From Basidiobolus meristosporus CBS 931.73 (taxonomy: Eukaryota; Fungi; Basidiobolomycota), in NCBI GenBank assembly GCA_002104905.1, contig MCFE01000296.1, forward strand, positions 37,603-101,602: 64,000 nt of DNA. Reading direction: 5' to 3'. A program made the translations under genes and the position numbers. Shown in pieces: positions 12,316 through 26,720 of the stretch. Within the stretch, counting starts at the first letter, position 1, and each line of letters begins with the position of its first letter. The notes beneath the pieces are model-generated. The model saw nothing but the letters and a program-made list of their open reading frames with translations. It did not search any database and was not told where the DNA came from.

Positions 12316-15300
12316 TCATAGGCGAATTGGAAGCTTTAGCTCCGGGAAGAGCGACATCAGCACTTCATCTAGGATTGTATAAACCAAGTGCTCGTTCAAT
12401 CTACGGTTTTGAAACAATGTGAAAACACGCCGGGCACCGCGCCGAGCGTTCTCGCGGCCAACCATATTTCCAAGCGATTCTGAAGATTGAGGTGAGATCG
12501 ATGTGGAGTGGGAATCGAGTGACGTTGCCATACCTGGAAAAAAGGTAGAAAGCTTACGGTTCGCGGTTTCTTTCGTTTGGATCTTTTCTTCGAATGTGCG
12601 CTTCTCGGCCGCCTTGGGCCATTCGCCGTTAGGCCACAAAGAATCGCTGACCATATTAATCCACGTAGCCATAGTGTCGTCGGTGAGCGTTGTTTTCATG
12701 GTCGATTTGATTTTCCTATTGAAGCCAAGAGGTCAGAAGAGTCTGGATGGGCCAAGTGTCGAAGCAACACTTACCTCTCGATAGTTCCACCCAAGATCTG
12801 CTGCAGTACAATGACCACTGCTTGGCGTCTTAACCAATTGTTCTTTTCTTTGAGCTCAAATATCTCAATAAATAGATCGCATAAAGGCTCAGTCAGAGAA
12901 GTAATCCCTTCGCTCTCGATCGGCTGCAGACCGATGTCAGGTCCCGATACCGTGACAACTGAGGTGTTGGTTAATCGTGTTGGATTATTTGGATCCTCTA
13001 AACTGGCTTCGTTGAGCATCGTAACTTGCTGACCCAAGCGTTGGGTAACTATGTCTACAGTGGATTGGCCGTTGAACATGTCGTCAATCCCCTCAGCCAC
13101 GGTTTGATAGATGTGCTTCATGAAACCAATAGACCGTTTCCGCCGCAGTCGGCTGTGTAGCATTTCATTGCTACTCCGATTGGTCAGGGACAGGTTTTGC
13201 TGGCAAAAGAAGGTCTTGAACTCCTGAGTCTTACAAACATCATGGTTCTTCACCAACAACTAGCAAGGAAAACCATCAATCAATGGTGAGAAACCGAATG
13301 GCTTCAATCTGGTCTTACCTGAAGATATTTCTCCAGAGCTACCCTGCGAAACTCCACAAAGCTTTTGTGAAATTGAAAGCCCACACGCTTACCGGGAAAC
13401 TCGTATCGTCGTACCTCAGGAAATCGGGCTTTTAAGAGATTGTGGAGATTATAAAATTCGCTGTAGCGGCGCGTTACCACCCAGCCAGAGGCGTAGGTGC
13501 CGTCAGAAGCTTTCTGATGAACCTCGATGACGTACAAAACGAAATCCTTGGTTCCGTCATTACTTATCGTGCAGCCCGTGATGTTCACTGTGGTACGACC
13601 CTACAAAAGAGGTGAATATGGGAATACTGAATAATCAAAGATATGGCTTATTTACCGGCAGGATGGAGTTCTCGGCTTCCTGGAGTTCGTATTGAGTTTT
13701 CTGGTATGTGGTTTCTTGCATTTCCCGACGAAGAGCGTGCTTCGATTTTTTGAGAATTCGAAGTTCGTCCATTTTCCCGCTAGTTTCGGCCTTTTTTATG
13801 AGTGTGTCGACAATGGCCTCCTGTTGATTGATTTTGTCGATTTCTTCCGTTAGGCGTGAGATTTCATCAGATAGCATGAGGTCTCCTGGCGGCGCCAGGT
13901 GGACGTTATTCGCGATGCTGGTATTATCATCGGCCTCTTGCGCAGGTGTTTCTTCGGACGAATCATTGGAATCCCGTTCGGAGTCTGAGTTGGGATGCTC
14001 CGCAAACTGAACCGCTTGGTTTTTCCCTATAGAACAGGAACAGCATGAGCAATTGCCACTAGCATAGTGCCAAGAGAGCAGGCCTTACCCTTGGAAATTC
14101 TAGTTTCCTCCGACTCGGATATATCCCCTGTATCCATAATAGTCGACAACGCGGCTTCCACGGCCTCGATGGCATCAGTGCGGAGGAGATCGTCTTCTTT
14201 GAAAGTGATCTGTAGACCCGGTGTTGATGGTGTTTCGAAGAGCTCCTGTTGCATAGGGATCCGCTGGGATGATCCAGGGGTAGACCTTGGGGATTTCAGT
14301 AGAGATGAAGGTTGATACGAGGAAGCAACAGACCAGTTGTCATTCTCAATCGGGCTAAAAGGAACCAAACTATCAGTACGACTCCTGTTAAGGATTCCAC
14401 CTGGTGCTCGCTTGGGCGTAGAAAATGGGTCAGGCTGATATTCCTGCTGAATCACCTCGGGCTCTAGCGTAGAATTTCCTAAGCTAGCCAGGAACTTGAA
14501 ATATAAATCGCTCTCGCGAAACCGAGGGAAATCAGACATCTCCATCTGATTGAACACCTCCTTTTGTGCTTGCAGAATGTACTCGTATCCGTTGGTTGTG
14601 TTGTTGTGAGGAATCTCAAACACCAAATTCTGAATCTTCTCCAACAACCTGGGACTGATTTCTAACGGCTGAACTAGATTCTCGGAGAAGTACATATCGT
14701 AGATCCGTCGCACATCCTCTCGAGCGGTGAGCCTCTCCTCCTGCCCATTACTAGTATTTCGCAAGCTTGTCATGTCCTCCTTCAAACCCTCAACCATCAA
14801 CCAGAACTGAAGCCGCAGCATTCCTCCGGTGCGATCCATGTGCTCCATCCAGTACGACAATCCAGTGGAGCTTGACAACATCATTGAGAGGGTGAGAACA
14901 GGAGGGGTTGGAGAGTCGATGTTTAAGGAATCATTTTCAATATAGATGCTGCTTCGGCTCTGAGGCTATAAGAGTTCTATTGTGAGAGAGATTTTCAGCA
15001 GGTCTGTGATTCAAAACTTCCTAACCTGAGAATATGCCACACCTCCTAATGCCATGATTCGCTTCTCCGCTTGCCTCTTGGCTACGTACAACCGATTGAT
15101 GTACACTTTGATCTCAGCAACCTTTTGCCCTTGAACTATCTCGTCCTTTTCTCTACCAGTGATGGCCATTCGTTTCTTTCTGATCTGAGTGACAATCTCA
15201 TTTCGAATTCGCTTGATGTCCAAGAGGTTACTGCACTCCTTGATCATTCTTAGGAACTCCTCAAAGGTATGTATTTGTGAAGAGGTTTCCTCGTGCGCTG

Positions 15301-16234
15301 CCTGCTTGTTTAGCGCTGCTCTCAGCTTGTTCACCATCTTTTGCTCGCGAATTAAGTAGGTCGTATTGGTGTCAATGATTCGGTTCCAGAGGTCGGGATC
15401 TGATAGAACTTCCATGGTGGATTGGAGAATTGTGCAAGCGAGAACCTCTCTAATTAAAACACGCTGAATGGAGCTACTCATAGAACGCTCACTAAACAGT
15501 AAATCAAGCAGTCGCTCTACCACTTTCCTCAAGTATTTATCTTTCGTTGATCTACCGCTAGAATTAGGTTGAACAGCCGGATGTAAACGGCCTTTGTTAT
15601 AGTGCTTGACTATGAGTGCGTCTAGTTCATCCGATTCGGTCAAGTTACGTTCAAAACTACCCCGGACTGCCATCTCAGCTTTACGAAATTCATGGACGTG
15701 TGTTGTTATGACTGGGACGATCTTTCCTATCACAACGGAAGCCACATCAATCGATTCAACTCTAGTAGAAAATACCCCTACTGCTTCGTATAGCATACGA
15801 GTGATAGCCTTTATCATCACTGTCTCGGGGCTGATTTTCTCATACCAACTCCGGATGAAATCTCTTATTACGTACGAGATGAGTTGGTCGATGGCTTTTT
15901 CGATGCTTGGGAACCCAGAGAGTGTCAAGTATTTTGGAGAACTTGCTCTTTCCATACTGCGACGCAGTTGCATCGCAGCCCACTCAGGCTCACTTGTAAA
16001 CACTAGTGGCCTCAAGCAATCCTGTTTACTCGAGTAGTGTTCATGCTCACGTTCTGTCTGCGAACGGTAATACCAGTAAGAGATTAACAAATTGGTCGAT
16101 AAGAGCGCTAAGGCTATGAACAGGAATATGGTAAATATGAAGAAAAATTGGTACAGAATCGAGAAGTAATTCAAAAGCAAAAGAAGAGTCGTGGTGAATA
16201 AGAAGTAGCCAGAGAGGTCTGGAATAGAAGCCAT
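12316..16234 (-). CDS. MDM1: PXA-RGS-PX-PXC sorting nexin (Mdm1/SNX13-14 family); spliced
   Basis: N-terminal TM segments; PXA (YVIRDFIRSWY); RGS (RLQFWLMVEG...FRESDLYFK); PX (VTRRYSEFYNLHNLLK); Nexin_C (NNWLRRQAVVIVLQQILGGTIER). Confidence 0.9.
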
Positions 16235-16688
16235 GGTAGAAGTTATTTTCTAAACTCTACTGTACAAGGATCTCGTTACTACCAGCACTCGATATTCTTG
16301 TGGTTCGTGATGGCTTAGTGAAGCTCCTGGAGTTAACCAAGAATGTTAGTTGCATAAAAACTGTGGACGTTTTACTGATTTGGTACATTTGATTTTGTAT
16401 GCGTTTAATTCGGTGGACTATTGTACTCTTCAGCGCATGAAATTTCTCAGGGGACAATATCTCGGCTTTATCATATTTGCTAAATTTAAATGATTCTATA
16501 CTTTGTCTTGGGTATATGGAAATGGTTACATCATTATGAGCGTTGTGCGGACTAAATAAGGGCTTTGTTTATAAAGGCAATGGTCTTTCTCACGAAGCGA
16601 AAAATATCTCCTATAAGTGTTCTACTGACGACAAACTTCTCTCCAGAGTTTCCGTTCATTCGGCACTGGTATATTTCTTTTGACAACC

Positions 16689-17745
16689 ATGAGATACATT
16701 AACGAAGACCAAGTCTTGGAAGCTACAAAAAATGAATGGAGTAATATCATTAACGATCTTGAACGCTCCTTTGTAGCCAAGACCATCACGCCGGAGCGAA
16801 CCTCCATTCAAGTACCAAATGCTGGTGCCTCGCTGTTCATGCCTTGCTGGATAGAGGATGCCAACGTTGGAATAAAACTGGTGAGCGTCAGACCCGAGAA
16901 TGCTAAGAAAGGACTTTCCACAGTACCCGCCACCATCATCCTTTTAGACGCTGAAACTGGCGCCACCGAGGCTCTTCTTCAGGCAACCACTATCACTCTT
17001 ATCCGTACAGCAGGACGTAAGTGACAGAAACGATATTTTCTCGCGAGTCCAAACTGATCTCTCTTGGAATCTAGTTTCCGCAATTGCCACCCGCCATCTC
17101 GCCAACCCCAAATCTTCAACCTTGGTTATTTTTGGTGCTGGGAACCAAGCAAGATATCATGTACAAGCAATGCTGGCAGTTCTACCATCAATCAAGAGGG
17201 TGACCATATGCAATAGAAGCAGACAGAACGCAGACAAGCTGGCATCCACTCTCAGAGTTGAACATCCCGAGCTTGAATTTTCCGCTCTTGCTACCTCCGA
17301 GGATCCTGAAGCCACGCAAGCGGCTGTATCAGAAGCGGATGTCATCTGTACCACTACAAACTCTAACCAACCTTTATTTCCTGGCTCATGGCTGAAAGAG
17401 GGAGCACATTTGAATTGCATTGGTTCGTATACACCACAAATGCATGAATTCGATGCTGAGGCAATAACCCGCTCCCGGATCACCGTTGACACATATGAAG
17501 GCTGTCTTGAGGAAAGTGGTGAGCTGATTCAAGCTTTGGATCAAGGGATTATTCGGAAAAGTGATTTGCTAGCAGACCTGCATGAAATTTGTCAATATAG
17601 TAAGAGCAACGCTCTAGACAAAATTCGCCGCCATGAACAAGATATCACATTGTTCAAATGTGTAGGAACTGCCATAGCGGATGTTTCGCTAGCAAGCTTT
17701 GTATTGAAGAAATGTGAGCAGTTGGGATTGGGCATGACCATTTAA
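16689..17745 (+). CDS. Ornithine cyclodeaminase / mu-crystallin family protein
   Basis: GIKLVSV, ITLIRTA, IFGAGNQA, ADVICTTT, HLNCIGSY, TLFKCVGTAIAD; one intron ~17018-17074. Confidence 0.9.
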
Positions 17746-17998
17746 TGTACTCGTTGTAAGCCCCACCATTGGCACGACTACGATATAAAATAATATCCAC
17801 ATGTCAATTGAATTCGATTAATCTTACCAAATAATCCAAGATCTGATAAATTGTAAAACGAGCTGGAGAGCATGGACATGGCGGTGGGGTGGTCTATTTC
17901 TATTGGATGGCGCACCACAATTCTGGGAATTCTGGTTCAAATACATAGGTGAAAATCAAGTTGAGAGGAGTAGCTTCTTTGAAGGACTATTTTTGAGC

Positions 17999-19348
17999 AT
18001 GGAAGTCAATAGAGACGAGGCATTGAGATGCCTGGAGATTGCCAAAAAGCACTTCGCTGGCAACAACCGTGCCAGCGCGTTGAAGTTTGCTAAGAAATCC
18101 ATTGCCCTCTATCCTACCTCTGAGGCAGAGAAGTTTCTGTTGAAGGTAGAAGAATCCCCTGATGAGCCTTCTGATCCACCGCCTGCATACGAGGCTACTG
18201 CCGCTTCCGAAGCCTCCACCACATCATCCAAGCCTAAGATTGCTGAGCACAACCCTGGTCGTCAAACGAAGTCGTACACGAAAGAGCAAGTAGACGCCGT
18301 CAAGAAAATCAAGACCTGCAACCCTAACGATTTTTACGCCATTTTGGGAGTTGAAAAATCCGCTAGTGAAGTACAGATAAAGAAAGCATATAGAAAAGTA
18401 AATTTCCACCGGCTGTGGTGTGCACTGAGCAGTAGACTAACGTTTCTCTTGACATTTGTAATGCGATAGCTGGCATTGCAATTCCACCCAGACAAGAATT
18501 CTGCCCCTGGAGCCGACGAGGCCTTTAAACGTAGGTTTCTACTAGCCGACTCTTTGAGTATTTCTTGTTTCTAATGATCCTCTCCCTTGTAGTTATCAGC
18601 AAAGCCTTCTCTATTCTGAGTGATAGTGATAAGAAAGAGCAATATGATCGGTTTGGTTCTGATCCCGACTCCCGAAGCTCTGGCATGAACGGATTCGCCG
18701 GCAATGCTCGCGGCTTTCAGTTTGAAGATGAAATCAACCCTGAGCAGCTGTTCAATATGTTCTTTGGCGACTTTGGTGGTAAGTGGTCCTGCATCTTGTT
18801 AAGAGTATGGAGATTGTGCTGAGCGTTACAAAATGTTAGGATTTCAAGCCGCCACCTTTGCAGGTCGCGATGGAGTTCGCTACCGTCGGTATTATCAAGC
18901 GGGTCATGGCGCTCGCCGAGGCCCAGCTGAATCGGATACCTTTACATGTCTTAAATTGCTGCCGTTTATCCTTCTTTTCTTCTTCTCGATTTTTTCGTCA
19001 TTATTCAGCAGCTCGAGCTCTGATCCGAGGTACTCCTTTGAGTTAAAAGGACAGTACAACTACCGCCGTGAGACTCCCAGACGTCATGTGGAATACTTTG
19101 TTAATTATAAGGAGTTCAATGATTACTTCTCAAACACTGCCACCAGTCCTAAGCTGAAGCAATACGAAGATATCGTGGAGAGTCAATATTATCGGTACTT
19201 GGTTCAGCTTTGCAATCGCGAGCAACAGTTGAAGCGCCAAGCGATCCTCGAAGCTCAGGGATGGATGCCGTTTATGGTCGACAGGGAAAGACTCAAAAAA
19301 GCTCAGGAGATACCGCTACCCAGTTGCGAAAAAGCGCATGCCTTTTAA
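17999..19348 (+). CDS. ER-membrane DnaJ protein (Hlj1/DNAJB12-like, C-terminal DUF1977); spliced
   Basis: MEVNRDEALRCLEIAK N-terminus; J-domain YAILGV...KKAYRK-LALQFHPDKN; TM segment LLPFILLFFFSIFS; luminal domain ending IPLPSCEK. Confidence 0.9.
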
Positions 19349-21273
19349 GCTAGCGGGACCAAGAAGATCACTACTCTTTCAAGCTGTCGCAAGTATACAT
19401 AGGGATCCATGTGATGTTGATGCTTTGTTTCTAATGTAACTCTGTTCCTTGTACTCGCCTATTTCACTTTTCAGCGCTTTCAACCTACGCCATTCCTACT
19501 TTGTAATCAGCCACATCCTTCAACGATCACAATTTACTCGTATCTATACTCTCCACTGACCTAGTATACTATTCCATTCAACAATTAATAAAATCCTACA
19601 TTGTAGCATGACATTTGAATAATGATTCTTCCAAACCGCCAAATTCGCTTGGGCAGTCGACCTGGTACTACATCAGTTTGTTGCTGCCAGAGAACATCTA
19701 TACGAGACCAAGGGTAAGTTTCGGAATTCTATGCCCAAGGGACTTTATTCCGAATATGTAACCTATTGCACACACGTACCAAAACGGGTAGCAAAGCTAA
19801 TTGTTGAGTATCCCTGGTTGAAGTAACTTCCCGTTGACTCTTTTACAAAGCTTGAAAAGACCCTAAAAAACTCAGGAAACGACCGGAGCGTTCTATTCTA
19901 CAGGATTCTACCGAACTACTCGATTTGGGAGCCACGAACCAGGTAGATCCAAGCACAAGTGTGCTTTAGTTTTTTCAAGATGCAAGCAGGCTATTCATTT
20001 GGCGCATATCCCTATATTGGCGCGAGCCCTAGTTATTTGTGTTGTATGTAAGTGCGCGAATGTAATTTTGCTGTGATTACCATTGGCAAGATTCAAATAT
20101 GGGGCGTCAGGGAGGGAGTTGTAATATCGGACCAAAGCAATTTTGCACAAAAATAAAAGAATGACTGAAGAAGGAAGTTTGTGGACATGATTGTAGTGAA
20201 TCATGCAGCAGTGTTCAGTTAGGTAGTCAGTGAAAGAGAACTTGACACAGTTGATATGTTCGTTGCATGTGGTGACCTGTCTGCCACCAGGACTCGTATA
20301 TTTATTCAGACCGGTTCGCAACCTTCGAACGTTGGAAGTCACTGCACTCTGAAGAGTCAGCGGAGTATGCAAAGGAATAAGGCCAGATAATTATTTTCTG
20401 AAGAGATCGCTTTGGACGCGCTAGCCTTCCAAGTCCCGCAAAGATAGGTTACTCTGGAAAATGGTATCGAACTGTTCTGGCGTGAAGAGATATTAGTGAC
20501 GTGATGATTCATGCATTAATTTCATTGTTTGATAGCTAATAATGCTCGAAGAGACGATTAACCACGCCTGCTAGCCACCGAAAGCTAAAAAGTCAAGGAG
20601 GCATTTCTTTGTTGGTTTTGTTAGGTAGCCCTCAACTGGTTCGACTATCCTTTCGATGTCGTTTCCAATGAAATCCTGCTCAAACTCAGCCAAGAACACT
20701 GATCATTCCTCAACGGAGTCTTTCTTGACTACCAGAAGACTGTGTTTGTTAGCGAGAATGATGGTGAGGTCAGCTTGCTTCCTATATTTTATCCAGTAAA
20801 AACATGGTGTAAAGGCTCGAAAGTAATGGTCGTAACTCGTTTCAACGCAAAATAGACTAATCGACCTTCTCATTATCCACGCTTGTGGAGCTTAATTAAT
20901 TCTTATTGTCTCTACTGCAATATGATTCAAGTGGATTTTTCCTTGAATTTTCCATCAAATCTACTGCTTTCATGAAAGAAATAAATCAATTCCTCAGACG
21001 CCAACCAAATCTAATTCTGATTTCCAATATATCGTATAAAATTATCTTTAGTTCAAACTAAACAGCGCGTGAAGTACTCACGAGCTCTTGAATACTGTAG
21101 AAAAAATCTTCAGTATTTGCATCTTGTTGACTCCTTCTTCAGTACAAGCAATCTGAAGGATAAGCCTTACTACTCACAGTAGACGTAATACTTTTTAAAC
21201 GCCAGCTTGTCCCGGGCATTTGCTAGGCGTTTGTTTCTCCAGGCAAATACACACCATACTGTAGATAGTAAAC

Positions 21274-24200
21274 ATGCTAATTTTGAAACCCGAGTGGATT
21301 TCGCACGAAGGTACACTTCCTTGTTGCACTCCCCAGATTCCATACTTTTCCGCACAAGCTGACTTCCACCACTTATTTTAAGACGAAAAGAAGAAGAAGA
21401 CGAGTATATTCTCATTGGACCTACATCCTGATGGGACACGCTTAGCAACAGGTGGTCTAGGTTTGAGCTGCTTTGCTATATCAAACATCGATCCCTTTTC
21501 AAGGGTTAAAGTTGCGTTTCGTTAGACACGAAAATCAAAATATGGAACATGGAGCCTATTCTCAATCTCACGGAGGAAGAAAACCCGGATGTACCAAAAC
21601 TTTTATCCACTATGGGCTTACACAACGGTATTCGCGTATGTTTCTCTGTTGACCAAATGCTTATTGTAAAAGCTCATGGAATCGGTTCTATTTCTTAGGC
21701 ACGGTTTTGTGTCTCAGCTGGTCGAACGGTACTGGCCGTTATTTGGCCTCCGGTTCGGACGACAACATTATTCTCATATGGGAGTTGGATAGGTGCATTA
21801 CCATGGTCGTCATGAGTTCACTGCCCCCCTTTACTTACATACTTATTTTGAAAGATCCTCGGATGGATACGGAAGTGTTCCTTTTGGCAGTTTTGATGGC
21901 GTCGGTAATGTGGAGCATTGGAAAGCGGCGAGAAGATTGGCAGGACATGAGTCTGGTGATGATGCATCTGCATATTCGTACTAATCTTTGCTGGTCACTA
22001 ATTCCTGGGAATCGATCTACAGATGTTACCGACCTCTCGTGGTCTCCTGACAACCGTTATCTTGCTTCTTGCGGTTTAGACAGTCATGTGATTATTTGGG
22101 ATACCGCGACTTTCGGTAGGTTGCACTTCAAGGATGTTTTTCGGGGTGGAGAGTAACGACCCATAATCTTATTATAGAGAGGGTCAAGAAAATAGATCAG
22201 CACCATGGTTTCGTGAAGGGTGTTACGTGGGATCCCGTTGGCAAGTATCTAGCGACGCAGGTATGAATTTTCTGAGCAAGCTCATCAACTTGCTAGGAGG
22301 CTTATGGACGTTCTCCATTACAGTCTGACGATAAAACGGTAAAGATCTGGCGAACATCGGATTGGTCGCTGGAGAAAAGTATTTCCGACCCTTTCACACA
22401 GTCTGCTGGAACCACCTTCTTCCGTCGACTAAGGTTGGTGAAAGGATTATCTCTCTTGCCTGCGTTGCCAATCTAATTGAATTCCAAGTTGGTCGCCCGA
22501 AGGTTCTCATATCGCGGCAGCAAATGCCATTAACGGGTCAGTTCCCGTTGCCGCAGTTATTTCGAGAGATACCTGGAAATCAGACGTATCCTTGGTGGGC
22601 CACGATGCCGCCGTAGAAGTAGTGGTAAGCTATGGGCAACTCACTGGGTTCTTTGCATGGCCAAAACTGACCGTAATCTTGTACATATTCAGAAATTCAA
22701 CCCGATCATGTTTCACCACAAGGACGTGAATACCACCGTAAGCTCGGCCAAGAGGGAGGAATTTCAAGACCTTACAGCAGTTTGTGCCGTTGGTAGTCAG
22801 GATCGAGGAATATCAGTGTGGATCAACAGAAATGCACGGCCTCTAGCGGTGGCCCAGTCTGTGTTTCAACATAGCGTGCTTGATCTCAGCTGGTAAGCAT
22901 CAATGTTACTAGTCCTACGGTCGCATTAGGTTTAAACATTCCCTGCTATTAGGAGCAGCAACGGACTTGTCTTATGCGGGTGCTCCTACGATGGGAGTGT
23001 GACTGTCCTTCAATTTAAGCAGGAAGAGTTTGGAGTGCCGTTAAGTAGCGAAGAAAAGGTAGACCTGGATATCATCCGTAGATCAGAGCATTTGTCTAAT
23101 CTCGAAATCCTCCATAGGATGTTCTACTGGCAAAATATGGCTACAAGAAAAAAGCCGTCATCATTGCCGAAACTCCAGATCAACTCTCGCTAGAGGAGGA
23201 AAATGCCGTCATAAATAAGAACCAGGCGTCCAAACGTATTGCGGACCTTATGGGTGGCGATTCGTCAAAGCCGACATCAATCACGAACGGGTCTGTCGAA
23301 ACCCCGAAAACCCCAACTTTTCCCAGAAATAGCATGGCCACTCCTAGGTTAAAATCCAACAATGAAATACTTCGTCCATCCGCTGGTTTGACCTCAGGCT
23401 CTGGTGGCGCGCCTTCAACCCCAGTTCAACAGAAGGTAACGCTTACAAAAGACGGAAGAAAGCGAATACAGCCACAATTCCTTCGAGGGTATTTATTTGA
23501 AATTTGATCCTTTGTATCGGCTATAATCTCACGCATCCCCAGATTGTCGGGCCCTTCTGATGCCTCTCCCAACCTATCGCGAGCATCGCCCTCCCTGGTC
23601 AGTAATGTATTTGGCAAGTGACCGTCAGCCTTTGGATACTAACGCCAATTCCAGCCACGTTCAACTCACCCCGAGTTTGGGTTTGCTCGGTTGAATGCCC
23701 CCGTCGGTTCAGAAATCGAGGCAGACTCTGTTGCTAGTTGCCTTCCACAGGCAGATATCCCTACCATGGTTATTGGAAACAAAAGAAAAGATCACACCGA
23801 GGGTGGCCCTCATTCCAAGAAATCAAGCTTGAAGGTAAGAATTGTTGGAAAAATGCATATAGCCGTGGTATTATCTCACGAATTTCCGGACACAGGACCC
23901 CAAGCCAATCGACTTGAATGGACTACAGCTGCCCTCGAACGTCGGGACATCTATAATAAAATTAGCGACACCTAAAATCAAGGCACATCTTATACGTACC
24001 AAGGTCGGGGAGGTCTCCCGCACCCTGGAGTGCCACAACAGTCTCGACATGAAGGGTAAAGTAGATACATATGAGAACCAGCTCTTGGCCTGAAGCTAAC
24101 CAAAATCCCAACCAGAACCCTCGAAGATTTTATGCACGAAGAAAGGCACAATAGCCTGGATCGACTACCTTCCAAATCCAGTTGGGCTTCTTGTAGGGAA

Positions 24201-25399
24201 CTCGCTGTTCACTGCTGCAGCGTGTGAAGATGGATGCTTACATGTCTACTCTTCCAGCGGAAGACGGTGTGGTTTGGCTCTTTTATGTGGAACCACTGAC
24301 ATACTAATAATATATATATCTTTTATTGAAGCATTTTCCCCTGTATCATGCTGGACTCCCCATCCTCTTTTTTGGACTGCCATGGCCCTTACTTGATGTG
24401 TATAACCACATCTGGATTGCTAAGTGTCTGGTACGATACGTCGCAGTAAGCTTTCGCGCACCATTCGTATGGCTAACCGTCTTTCTCCAGGAACATTTTT
24501 GAACAACGAGCTATAATTACTTCTGTTTCGGTCGCACCGTTACTTCTAAATCCTAGCAATCTGTGTACCTCACCCGAAAGGATAACACACATCACCACCG
24601 CCACTGTGCGTCCCCAAGGTATCCCCATCATTACCACAAGTGATGGGCATGGGTATACTTACCACTGTGGTATGGAGATATGGGTGCGAATAGCTGATAA
24701 ATGGTTTCTTGGATCTGAGTTTTGCGGCTCAGGGACTATTGTTACCGAAGAAAACAAAGGTGTATTATCTACACTTCAACGGGCATCGCTGAAAAATGCT
24801 GACCTGGATGAAGGGAAGGAGATGATCAACACATTGATGAGTAACAACTACGACGTGCAAAAAGCAATCACCATGGCACACCTAGAGGTATCGTGAGTCA
24901 GCCTATTGCGGTGAAGTCATTTCCTGAGGCTGATCGTTTTCCGAACACCATTAGACTTTCTTGGAGTCTTCGATACTCTTGAAATCCCCCCAGGAATACC
25001 GCTATTGGCTCGTTTGTTACGCCAGACGTTTGGCTGATGAAACGGAGGTAGCTAAAATAGAAGAACTATGTAAAGATCTACTGGGGCCGAGTGAAAGGTA
25101 ATCTCGCTAGTCTGCACACATGCACACACCAGGCCAACCACTCACATCGATGGAATCCATTCAAGCGCCAAGCCATCCGAAAAAAGTTTATGGCAGTCCA
25201 CCATATTGGTATGTAACTAAGCCTCTTCTGTTCGTTGGATTGTTTCTGATCATTTCATTGGCGAGATTAGGGGATTCCCAAGCATGAACTACTTCAGGAT
25301 ATCCTTCCGGTGCTATCCAGCAACCGTGCTCTCTTCAATATCACCTCCGAATACAAAAGAATGTTGGCTAATTTTGAGCAAACGAGTGTAAGCGAGTAA
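21274..25399 (+). CDS. HIR1: HIRA/Hir1 histone chaperone (WD40 + B-domain + Hira C-terminal); many introns
   Basis: MLILKPEWISH, IFSLDLHPDGTRLATGGLD, DVTDLSWSPD, GFVKGVTWDPVGKYLATQSDD, QKVTLTKDGRKRIQPQFL. Confidence 0.93.
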
Positions 25400-26720
25400 A
25401 CATCCCATGACTCGTATTGCCGTCATGTGAATAGACGTTCTCGATTATATCTGCACAATCTTGAAGGGTGTCTGTTCATCACCTTGTACACAAAGCTTGA
25501 GTTTCTGTTAACTATCTGTAGATTCTCCGAAAAAAAATAAATCTTCAACCATACGCATCTTGCTCACAATAGGGTTAGCACACAAAAGAGCCAGGCTCAT
25601 TGTCCTCAATCGACACCCTTCACCCTAGTTCCAATATGGGAATTTCTTTGTGATCGGAAGATTAAGGACCCTTTGTCGGTGATGGTCTATGCTATTGAGT
25701 TTCCATCTGTCCATTAACCAGTATGAGTTCTCTTTGTCCACCAAATATCTTTGAAACATGGATGGTGAAAGTTCGGCGTAAATGAAGATCTGTGTTTTGT
25801 CACTGTTTTCAATTCTGGTAACTGACATTCCACATGACTGTTGTGTTACGAGATATGCAATCGCCCTCTTAATTCATTGCGTGTTACCTAATCCATGGTG
25901 CCTCATGACTCAGCGGCCTACGGGTTCGTGAGTAGGTTACTGGATTGCAAATGTCCCTTCACTCGTTTCATACCTTCCGAATATAAATGCGTTATATATC
26001 ATCTCCACACCTCAACCTACATTACGATGTGTATTAAAGTAAGACTCCACCAATCAGAACATGTATACGGTGTGTGGGTGCGAAGATAACGAGGCTGTCG
26101 CCAACTGTCTTTCCAGTGACTCAAATGCATTGAATTATCCAGTTTTAGGTTAAATTCTTCGTTATAGGCTTACCTGGATTAGGAATAAGTTCTAATCATC
26201 TCAACCCTCAAAGTCATAAGGGAATATATAGTTGAACTGGGTGAATTCCATTTGTTTTTTTACGTGCATATAGGCAGGGTTTCATGCATTCCTTTATTAA
26301 AATGGGTTGCTCCCATATTTGATCGTGGATACCAGGTATTTTAACATTTCTAGGTCTCGCCTGTTAATTATTTTGACCCTTTTCTCCTTCCTTTCTGATC
26401 TGCCTCTTCTTTTATAATAGTCCTTGAGGCCCTTCTCACATTCCCATTGTCTCCAAACGTCTATTCCACCTGAAGAGGACAAGGATTTCTGCTGTTACTT
26501 TGCATCAGCCATACATTATTTTTGGATTAGTATAGGCCTCTCTATTTTGGTTTTGGATTTCTTGCTTGTTTCCCTACGACCAAGTGGGTATTCAGCAATC
26601 CTCTTATTACTCGATAGCCAAGTATTGGGCGTAAATTATTCTGGCCCATCTGTAGTGCCGAGATAGATATCATCAACCAATACAGCAAGATATCAGCGTC
26701 GCTAGCGTCCGTTCCACAGG

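Noticed and set aside
16689-17745. OCD/mu-crystallin as a bacterial horizontal transfer
   Set aside because: The family is widespread in eukaryotes and the gene has a spliceosomal intron; no compositional anomaly.
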